Origin: Macrostomum lignano
Lineage: Eukaryota
Assembly (NCBI GenBank): GCA_002269645.1
Contig: NIVC01000027.1
Coordinates: 930,001-994,000, forward strand
Length of the DNA: 64,000 nt
Reading direction: 5' to 3'
The notes under the pieces were generated by a model that saw only the letters and a list, made by a program, of their open reading frames with translations, did not search any database and was not told where the DNA came from. The position numbers were made by a program, and so were the translations under genes. Below are positions 1 through 12,118 of this stretch, one piece after another. How positions within the stretch are numbered: position 1 is the stretch's first letter; each line of letters begins with the position of its first letter.

Positions 1-2
1 TG

Positions 3-546
3 GGCACTAAGCAGTGCTTTGAGACCGTCAACCTGCGAGTGTCGGACGCGCTGAGCTTCGACCGGCTCTGGGCCGAGTACAAGACGGGCTTCGGCACTTA
101 TCACGGTAGGTGAGACAAAAATTTGTACTCAATAGTATAACTTCAAATTGTGTTCTGAAAGACTTGCCAACTGGGATGATTTCATAGGCCTGGAGTGGCT
201 GCACAATCGCACCAGCGCTCAGCCCAACAACATCCGGTTTCGCAACCGAAACGACACCTACATCTACGCCTACAACGTAAACGTGCTCATTCTGGCCGAT
301 AGCACAAACTACACGGTGTCTAACTTTACATTCGCTCCTGCTGAATGTCTTCAGCAGAACTTGTTTTTTGGCAATAACATCCAATCTCAGACTGGAGATC
401 GTGGATGGAATACATGCGTCCATGGATCGAACTGTACCCAAGTGTACCAGCCTCAGTGGCTAAGCATGTTGCCTTGCCTCAGGTCCGTTCGACAAGTACT
501 TCAACTACCTGACAGCGCTGAATGTTCCAGCTGCAGACCGAGCTAA
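3..546 (+). CDS. Fibrinogen-related domain (FReD) protein, 3' part of gene (5' end outside window)
   Basis: Frame from 3 reads SFDRLWAEYKTGFGTYHG, the FReD F.R.W.EYK.GFG motif. Phase-2 intron 110-161 (gtgaga..gaaag) joins it to DDFIGLEWLHNRT, the (W)LGLE.LH motif. C-terminal half is divergent. Stop at 544-546. Confidence 0.65.
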
Positions 547-1403
547 GGGAATCGTTTGGGCTGGAAATGCTCCTAAGAACATCACAGACGGGTACTGTTA
601 CATCTTCAAGCAGCTAGAGATTCTCATGCTGACCTGAGTGTTATTGTATATTGAGTTCCATGTTTGATCCCATGGTCCCTGTGATTGTAAATCTTATTGA
701 GGAAGAATTTGCTGAAAGGTTGCCCACGTGTAAGTTTTATTGGCAATTTCCGCAGTGTCAGCAGTGATCCTGGCTTTTTACGAGTATATCCTATAATATT
801 TTTACACTGCAACTGTACCTTTTTTATTTACGAGTAGAAGTCTTTAGTGCACTCAAACACCAGCCCATGCGCTGACAGCCTGCGACAGGAACTGAGGTTC
901 TTGACCTTGAATCATGGAAACCAAATTGGGCTTCGGACACTCAACTTCATCGCGTTAACTTCTGGCGCAACCCACCTGCGACCCCCTTTCACCAGTCGAT
1001 CAGCGAACGTTGAACAGACCGCTTTTCATTTCCTGCTGCGGACATTGCTTTGCAAAGGTGTTCATGAAAAACTTTTTTTATTCCTTAGACATTTCAGATT
1101 GTCTTTTAAAATCATTTTACTAAATAATTCCTTTTTTGAATTCTGCTCCACCGAGCTGGCATCTCTCTAATTCTCTAATTTTTTTAGAAATAGTAAATAT
1201 TGACGCAACTGTTAACTTAAATGAATAATATTTTGTTTAATTTAACCAAATAAAATTATCTAATGAGAGCACACTACTACGTTAAAAGGACATCTGCTAC
1301 ACTTTCCACCAAGTTAAAAAGAAAAATGGTAGAAACGGTTCAATAAATTGCTTCTAATTAAACCACTTGTCAGAAGTTATTCTGCTCTGCTCTGGTTGTG
1401 CAA

Positions 1404-1600
1404 TTAATGCCATTGAAGACCAACCAAAAGGCACAGTGAAGTGCACATGCCTAACGATAAATAAGTTAGGGCCGCTGTACACTTCTGTATGACTGCGTAC
1501 GTCTCCGCGCGCTTTTGTGCCTGCTCAGGGGAGTCGGCGGAATGGGCAGTAATGCCTCTCGCGGGTTGTGTGACAATGTCGCTTAAAGTGCGCCAGGGTG
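1404..1600 (+). mobile_element. 5'-truncated copy of SINE family A
   Basis: Shares cacagtgaagtg.acatg..aac.ataaata..gtagggccgctgtacac and gcagtaatgcct.tcgc.ggttgtg.gacaatgtcgc with copies at 21998 and 27525; lacks the tRNA-like head. Confidence 0.75.
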
Positions 1601-1978
1601 CATGTACAGAGCCCCCTGGAGCTAAGCAGATCTGAACGAATATATTCATCCAATTAATTAGTTAATCGAAATTTTACGAAGAGTGTCCAAAAATCAGTGA
1701 TACTTTTGATCGTAGCTCATCTAGCAAAACCGCAGGCCCATGCGTTTTATATCGCTAGAAAATGGCAAGTCTCTGCTTAAAATCACTTCAGTTTCAAATG
1801 CTTCACATTATTAGTTTTAATTTAGAGATACTGTTACTTCAGCAGAGCAAGATCAGTCATAGACTTAATCTAGTAGCTTTTATCTGATATACTGGCTCGT
1901 GTTTACTTTAGTTTAAAAAAGGAGTTTTGTAAGTGTAAAAATGTAATTTTATACAGAGTAATGTCATCAATTGAAAGT

Positions 1979-4900
1979 CTATTTTTGTTTCTGAATTCCA
2001 TAAGCCAAATTCGAGGCAGCATTGTCCTTTTTCAGCTTCCCGACCGTCAGGAACTCGTGCTCCAGCAGCTCCTTTGCAGAGCTTCTCTCCCTCCGGTCCT
2101 TAGCGGTACATCGGCTGTAGAAATCCCTCAGCTCTTCGGACAGGCCGTCCAGCAGGGCGGGGGCGCCCCTCCTGTCGATCAGCTGGGCAATTTCTAAGAA
2201 GCTCCTGGCGTTGGCGAACGGCTTCGCGCCGGAGGCCATCTGGAAGACCGAGCAGCCGAACGCCCAGATGTCCGACTCTCTGCTGTACTGCACGCTGTCC
2301 GACTCTCCCGCTCCGAGCAGCTCTGGCGCCATAAAGTTCAGAGTGCCTTTGGTTGACTGAGTGAGGGCTGAGATGTGGCTGACTGACTGCTCCAGCTTGA
2401 TTGAGAGGCCGAAGTCGATCAGCTTGATTCGCGTGTTGTCAGCACAAACAATTATGTTCGAGCAGTTGATGTCTCTGTGGATCACGGGCGGCTGCCGGCT
2501 GTGCAGGTAGAGCAGCGCGCGGCAGATCTGCGAGCGGTCGGTCAGTGAGCAGTCATCATTCATGGGAACATGGAACAGGAGCATCAAGGATGCACAATGC
2601 TCACCTGCTCGCTGAAGTCTCGAATCTTTGGCTCGTCCAGCGGCTTGTTGTCGATAAATCTCTCCAAGCTTCGGCCGTCCAGCAGCTCCATGAACACAAC
2701 GACTATGGCGGGCTCCGGCTGAGCGATGTGCAAGAACCTGACGATGTTGGGATGCCGCAGTCGGCACAGGTTTCTCTCGCTCTCGACAGCTCTGTGGATC
2801 TCTGTGCTCACAGAGGTTTGGCCATCACCGAGCTGCAGAGGCAGTCTGAGAGTCTTGGCAGCGCACGTGACGCCCGTGTCACTTCGAACTTCGTGGACTT
2901 CGCCGAAGCCTCCACGGCTGATGAGGCGAACGGCGTCCCAGCGCTTTAGAAATGGGGGGCCTTCGGGTCTGAGGGGATGCGAATTGAGGCAAAGAGGGAT
3001 AATTTGCATGCTGTAGCTGTGTGCCTTATCTACATACATGTGCGCTCCATATGTTTCTTCTATCGCTTCTGTTGGTATGCTGAAAAAAACAAAAAACTCA
3101 CAGCAGCTCCACAAAAAAGTTTTCGCCGTTGAATCTGAAGTAAATTGCAAAAGAAAACACTTAAAATATTTTTTAAAACTATTATGATTTTCTGATAGCC
3201 AGAAGAAGTAGCACTGAAAGACTACGCTGCCCACAGCTTGGAAGAATCTTAGAATAATTAAGCATTCAAAATAGCTGCCTAATATTCGGTGCTGAAGTGT
3301 TCGAAAACTTATTAAATAGTGTTAACCAGTGTCGGTTCTCAGTCGCCAAGGAAACTCACCCACGCAGCAGCTCAGCCAGTTCGCTCTTTCCCTTCTGTGT
3401 GGCCCAGTCTAAGGCAGTTCTATCTCGGCCGTCCTTAGGGCTCCAATCTGCCCCTGAGTCCAGCAGAACCCGACCGACTGCGGGGGCGACAGTGGGAGGA
3501 GCGTAAATCGCTGCCTCCATGAGGGCAGTGGATTCCCACTGACCCCTGGCATTGGCGGAGGCTCCGGCAGCCAGCAGAGCGGAGGCTGCGGCAGAATTGC
3601 CAGCACTGGCCGCCTGATGTAGGCAACTGGCTGCCCATATATCCACACAGGTGGGGTCACCCAGCTGCGCTAGCTGCTCCCACAGAGCCTCATCACCGCA
3701 CGAGCTGTTCTGAGCTGCCCACATCAACGCGGTGCGACCCTCATCGTCAGGCAGGTCGCAGCTGTCGCGGGTCGCCGCTCGACGCAGCCCCGCCGAGTCG
3801 CCCGCCTCGGCCAGCCGCTGCAGTTCCTGTCGATCCGCCTCCTCCTGCAAAGGAAAGTGGGAAATTTGAGCACAGCTGCTCAGCTGCAGCCGCATCGGCA
3901 CCCCAGATGCCGCTCACCTGAGCTGCCAGGCCGGAGATCCAGCCACCTTTGCTCACCACCAGTCGCATCTCCCTGCAACAGCAAAATTGAAAAGCCTTAT
4001 TAGAAGAATAACGACAGAAATTTTCTGTGATGCGAAACTGAAAGCTGAGTGGTTTGTGCCACTGCAACATCTGCTTTTCTGTTGTGAAACAAAGACAGTT
4101 TTCACAAACAGAAATCTCATTTTTCATTTCTTCAGCATGAGTTTCCTTCCATCTCTCAATGACTCACAAAGCACTCACACAATGCTGCAAAATGGACACA
4201 GCAACGAAATGCTCGCTCACTGCTCGATGTAGCTGGCCAGCTCTGAGTGGCCGCTGAGCCTCGCCAGGTCCGACGCCGTCCGACCTTTGAGATCTTCCAC
4301 TTCGAGCTCCCGTAACCTTTTCCAGTTTCCGTGCTTCATGCAAAAATTAAATCTAGGCTGTCTGAGCAGGTGCAGCAGGTGCTTGGCGCATTTCCAGCTT
4401 CCAGTGCGCGCCGCCTCCATCAGCGGAGTGGCGCCGTTGTCGTTCCGCAGCCACTTCGCATCGAACGACAGCAGCGTCAGCAGCCGCAGGTGGTCCCGCC
4501 GGGCTGCCAGGTGCGCAGCCGTGTCGCCGTTCGTGTCAGCCGCCTTGGGGTTCGCGCCCAGCTCAAATAAGTACAAGATGCACTTTTCAGTGTGCACGGG
4601 AGTCTCAGGAGCGTCGGCCACCAGCATGAGGACGGTCCGACGAGCTGCATCAGCGCTGGAGACCAGCTGGCGCGTTGCCAGCCGTCGCACCTGGTCGAAG
4701 TCACCTCGGATGACGTCGTTGGCGAGATTCTCGAGAGCGGCTGGTGAGTCTCCGACGATTGCCCGGTTGTTGGGGTCCGGCTGAGTGAGTTCCTGAAACT
4801 GAAATTGAGGCACCCAAGCTGCACATTCAAACATGTGAGTGAGTTCCTGCAACTGCAGCTGAGGCACCCAAGCTGCACATTCAAACATGTGAGTGAGTTC

Positions 4901-5083
4901 CTGCAACTGCAATTGAGGCACCCAAGCTGCACATTCAAACATGTGAGTGAGTTCCTGCAACTGCAATTGAGGCACCCAAGCTGCACATTCAAACATGTGA
5001 GTGAGTTCCTGCAACTGCAATTGAGGCACCCAAGCTGCACATTCAAACATGTGAGTGAGTTCCTGTAACTTTAACTGAGACAT
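1979..5083 (-). CDS. Ankyrin-repeat protein fused to a C-terminal STE/MAP3K-like Ser/Thr kinase domain
   Basis: Phase-consistent model: 5083(or 4792)-4221, 3972-3918, 3844-3360, 3010-2605, 2527-1979, all GT-AG. Ankyrin motifs GDTAAHLAA, GATPLMEAA, GRTALMWAA, GRTALDWA. Kinase motifs SRGGFGEV, AAK, HPNIVRF, HRDINCSN, DFG, GTLNFMAPE, SDIWAFGC. Confidence 0.8.
4782..5083. repeat. 54-bp tandem repeat, ~5.5 copies, at the 5' end of the ankyrin exon
   Basis: gaggcacccaagctgcacattcaaacatgtgagtgagttcctgcaactgcaatt recurs every 54 bp (4807, 4861, ...); encodes QELTHMFECAAWVPQLQL on the - strand. Confidence 0.95.
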
Positions 5084-6269
5084 CTGTACTGAAATTTACA
5101 ACAAATATTTGTATTTCAGAGCCTATTAGGGGGCACACTGACCATGCATTTCTTAGAAAAATTTGCATTCATGCATTTTTCACGAGAAAAAATGGCTGAG
5201 TTTAATTGCCAATAACTCTGTAAGCAGAAAACATTGTGCTTCAATAAAACAAATCTCATTGGAATCATCAATTACTTTTAGATTAAGTGGCATTTTGGTA
5301 GAAACATCCACAGTTTGACATCATTTCACTGCCCGAACTGACCCTTTTCTTGTTTTAATATTTTGCAACGGAACTTTAAAAACTAAACTGAAGTCCCTTG
5401 TACGAGGCACTCCTAAAATGAAAGATTGTTTAGATTATTGGATTTATTTTGGCCCTAAAAGGTATCGCATCAAATCACCTGGAAAACTTTGGTCGTATCT
5501 TGATAACACGGTTAAATAAGCATGTAGCATCACGAGAGACAGAATGAGACATGAGGAGGCTGGGTGTACAGTGAAGGCATGAGAAATTCAGGGTCTCTTT
5601 GCGCGGCTGCAGAGACTGAGTTGTACGCAGCGGCGAGGAGTACTTAGCATTTGTTTTGTATTTATAAAAATGTCTATTATTTATGTGTAAAATTCATGTC
5701 TAAAAACATGCTATTCATGTCTATTCATAAAAACATATGCATCATTGCACATGTAACATAGCCAAACTTACTGTATTAACTGGAACTGTTTTCGTTGAGG
5801 CTGTTGAATCTTCTGCTGAACTTAGCATGTTGTCGAATTACACTTCGATCGCTTTTTAGCAGTAGCGGGCGGTGTCTCAGTAGGTGACAGGCAGCGGCCC
5901 AGCTGTTGAGGCGGCTGTATTTAATTAGGAGTAGGAGTACTTGATGGAGTACTTACAACAAAGACGTACTCGGGGCCCGCTTTGATAAAATATATTTTGT
6001 GGTTTTAGCTAAAGTACTACTTAGCTGCAGGGCGGTCCGAAGACGCAGCGGGAAGGCGAGCGTCGCCCATTCCGCTAGCTAGCTAGCTAGCTAGCTAAAG
6101 TACTAGCAATCTAATGCCCCCTTTCGGGCACCCAATAAGCAAGGGACAAAAATTATTTATGTGAATCATAGTTGCCTGAACACCAAAGCGATTCCCCTCG
6201 TAAGCCTTGACATCTCAGCAATTCCCACCATGCAGTAAGCCTTGACCTCTCAGCAATTCCCCCGCAAGC

Positions 6270-8040
<1,771 letters not shown>

Positions 8041-8729
8041 GCACGAAGACTATATTGTCTATTGAAATGTAGTTAGTGTACCTTGACAATTTAGTTGTAA
8101 AAAAATGCTTTCACAAATTTATATACATTTTGACTATAAAAAAGCAATTACCGTCCATTTTTTGTTTATCATAATCTCAATGACCATCTGAGTAGTCATT
8201 GATCCTATTAATCCTAATTAAAATCTGAGCAGTTCCACACGATATCTTTTTGACCGACTGAGAAAATAGCATGAGTAATTTAATATGATTATTTAGCAAA
8301 CTGACCTGTTGAGTCCTGTGCTCAGAAGGATCGTGACTGTCCTCCGCGGCCCGGTGTTGCACGTCGTATAAAGCGGCACTATCCGAATTCGATTGCGACA
8401 CCCAGAGAGTAGAGAGAGCTCGTGCGGGACAGCAGGACAGAGAGAGAGAGGGCAATGCATGAATTGAGACGAAAATCTTTTTTTAACCCTCTCTTATCTA
8501 CTGACGGTCACGCTATTGTGCTGAGTTGTACAGTCAGTTTTTGTACATTCAAGTACAGAGCCGGGCAGGAGTGTGCAAATGCGAGAGAGACAGCTGCCAA
8601 CCTCACCCGTACTCAACCTCACACGCGCTTACATACGGATTACTCGCAACTGGCAGTAACACAGAGAACTCTAAAAGCACTTAAGCTTGCAGTTCCTGGC
8701 TAACATATGCAAGAGGACAAACTGCAGAG

Positions 8730-11700
8730 ATGCCCGGCAAGCAAGCAGCAGCATTGAATGAATCCGCAGCAGCAGCAGCAGCAGCAGCGACAAGAGCAGA
8801 CGATGAGAACGAGATCAATCGAATCGAGCAGCTGCTGTCCGCTGCCGAGTGCTCAGCCAGCTCCGGGGAGACTTCTCAAGCCGAACTGCAAGCAGGCGAG
8901 GTGAGCAGCTCGCTGAAGAAGCTGGTCAAAAATTCTAAAAACGAGTCTTTGCTAAGGACTCGAGCTGAGCCGCTGCACGACCGGCTGAAGCAGCTCAACG
9001 ACGGCCTGAAAGACGACAAGCGACTGAGGAAATCTGAGGCAGCTGCGGCGGATGCGTCCCGTGGTCTGACCATGGAAGCTGAGAATCCGTTTGAGCTGAG
9101 CACGGCGATGCAGGCAAAAAAGCAGGCCGAGGAGGCCCAGCTGGAACTTATGAAGTCCAGGGAGGCTGCCATGGACCAGCTGGCTCAGGACATGATTGGT
9201 AGGCAATCAGGAGATGATTGGTAGGCAATCAGGAGATGATTGGTAGACAATCAGGAGATGATTGGTAGACAATCAGGAGATGATTGGTAGACGATCAGGA
9301 GATGATTGGTAGACGATCAGGAGATGATTGGTAGACAATCAGGAGATGATTGGTAGGCAATCAGGACATGATTGGTAGGCAATCAGGAGATGATTGGTAG
9401 GCAATCAGGAGATGATTGGTAGGCAATCCAGAGATATTTGATAGACAATCAGGAGATGATTGATAGACAATCAGGAGATGATTGATAGACAATCAGCAGA
9501 TGATTGGTAGGCAATCCAGAGATATTTGATAGGCAATCAGGAGATGATTGGTAGTCAATCAGCAGATGATTGGTAGGCAATCAGGAGATGATTGGTAGTC
9601 AATCAGCAGATGATTGGTAGGCAATCAGGAGATGATTGATAGACAATCAGGAGATGATTGATAGACAATCAGGAGATGATTGATAGACAATCAGGAGATG
9701 ATTGATAGACAATCAGGAGATGATTGGTAGGCAATCCAGAGATATTTGATAGACAATCAGGAGATGATTGATAGACAATCAGGAGATGATTGATAGACAA
9801 TCAGGAGATGATTGGTAGGCAATCAGGAGATGATTGATAGACAATCAGGAGATGATTGATAGACAATCAGGAGATGATTGGTAGTCAATCAGCAGATGAT
9901 TGGTAGGCAATCAGGAGATGATTGGTAGTCAATCAGCAGATGATTGGTAGGCAATCCAGAGATATTTGATAGGCAATCAGGAGATGATTGGTAGTCAATC
10001 AGCAGATGATTGGTAGGCAATCAGGAGATGATTGGTAGTCAATCAGCAGATGATTGGTAGGCAATCAGGAGATGATTGATAGACAATCAGGAGATGATTG
10101 ATAGACAATCAGGAGATGATTGATAGACAATCAGGAGATGATTGATAGACAATCAGGAGATGATTGATAGACAATCAGGAGATGATTGATAGACAATCAG
10201 GAGATGATTGGTAGGCAATCCAGAGATATTTGATAGACAATCAGGAGATGATTGATAGACAATCAGGAGATGATTGATAGACAATCAGGAGATGATTGGT
10301 AGGCAATCAGGAGATGATTGATAGACAATCAGGAGATGATTGATAGACAATCAGGAGATGATTGGTAGTCAATCAGCAGATGATTGGTAGGCAATCAGGA
10401 GATGATTGGTAGTCAATCAGCAGATGATTGGTAGGCAATCCAGAGATATTTGATAGGCAATCAGGAGATGATTGGTAGTCAATCAGCAGATGATTGGTAG
10501 GCAATCAGGAGATGATTGGTAGTCAATCAGCAGATGATTGGTAGGCAATCCAGAGATATTTGATAGACAATCAGGAGATGATTGGTAGACAATCAGGAGA
10601 TGATTGATAGACAATCAGGAGATGATTGATAGACAATCAGGAGATGATTGATAGACAATCAGGAGATGATTGGTAGGCAATCCAGAGATATTTGATAGAC
10701 AATCAGGAGATGATTGATAGACAATCAGGAGATGATTGATAGACAATCAGGAGATGATTGGTAGGCAATCAGGAGATGATTGGTAGGCAATCAGCAGATG
10801 ATTGGTAGGCAATCAGGAGATGATTGATAGACAATCAGGAGATGATTGATAGACAATCAGGAGATGATTGGTAGGCAATCAGGAGATGATTGGTAGACAA
10901 TCAGGAGATGATTGGTAGACAATCAGGAGATGATTGATAGACAATCAGGAGATGATTGATAGACAATCAGGAGATGATTGGTAGACAATCAGGAGATGAT
11001 TGGTAGACAATCAGGAGATGATTGGTAGGCAATCCAGAGATATTTGATAGACAATCAGGAGATGATTGATAGACAATCAGGAGATATTTGATAGACAATC
11101 AGCAGATGATTGGTAGGCAATCAGGAGATGATTGATAGACAATCAGGAGATGATTGGTAGACAATCAGGAGATGATTGGTAGGCAATCAGGAGATGATTG
11201 ATAGACAATCAGGAGATGATTGGTAGTCAATCAGCAGATGATTGGTAGGCAATCCAGAGATATTTGATAGACAATCAGGAGATGATTGGTAGACAATCAG
11301 GAGATGATTGATAGACAATCAGGAGATGATTGATAGATGATCAGGAGATGATTGATAGACAATCAGGGGATGATTGGTAGGCAATCAGGAGATGATTGAT
11401 AGATGATCAGGAGATGATTGATAGACAATCAGGGGATGATTGGTAGACGATCAGGAGATGATTGGTAGGCAATCAGGAGATGATTGATAGGCAATCAGGG
11501 GATGATTGGTAGGCAATCAGGAGATGATTGGTAGACAATCAGGAGATGATTGGTAGGCAATCAGGAGCTGATTGGTAGTCAATCTGGTAGTCAATCAGAA
11601 GGTGATAGGTGGGTAATCCAGAGATAATCGGTAGTCAAGACGTGCCAATTCGAAAATCTGGAATACTATGAATACTTTCTGCTCTCCTTCCATCCCAAAG

Positions 11701-11936
11701 ATCTCGAAGAAATTTTCACTGAGCTCAACAAGATGGTGCTCGAGCAGGGAGAGACGATCAATCTGATCGAGGACCAGGTCATTCACGTCGTTGAAGACGT
11801 GGAAAAAGGACGAGAGCAGCTGGAAGACGCGGTGGTGAACCAGCGCTCCAGCAGAAAGAAAAAAATCATAATTATCCTCATTGTGGCAGCCCTGGTGCTC
11901 GTGCTGGTTCTGGTCATCTCTGTGGTTCTGTCGTGA
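8730..11936 (+). CDS. Syntaxin-family (Qa) t-SNARE, 2 exons, ~234 aa
   Basis: Exon 8730-9198, phase-1 intron 9199-11700 (gtaggc..ccaaag), exon 11701-11936. The join restores the SNARE motif AMDQLAQDMI-D-LEEIFTELNKMVLEQGETINLIEDQV, followed by RKKK and a C-terminal TM anchor (IIIILIVAALVLVLVLVISVVLS*). Confidence 0.9.
9199..11595. repeat. 22-bp minisatellite (~108 copies) filling the syntaxin intron
   Basis: Unit gtaggcaatcaggagatgattg with variants (atagac, gtagtc..cagcag, ccagagatatttg); starts exactly at the splice donor. Confidence 0.97.
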
Positions 11937-12118
11937 ACCTAAGGACTATAGAAACATTACATCCTATATAGAATTTTAAAGTCTGGCTTTTCTATTTACT
12001 CGTAAGTACATGTTTTGTAACAACTTTAATGCAGAAGCTGTTCGTGTAAATATGCCCAATAAATTGTTTTGTGCTTGCATTGCATCATCTTCGCTTTATT
12101 CTTCACTGATTAACAAAC

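Noticed and set aside
9199-11595. CRISPR-like array (20-40-bp repeats with hairpin)
   Set aside because: Units are head-to-tail with no unique spacers, no cas genes are present, and the context is a eukaryotic intron.
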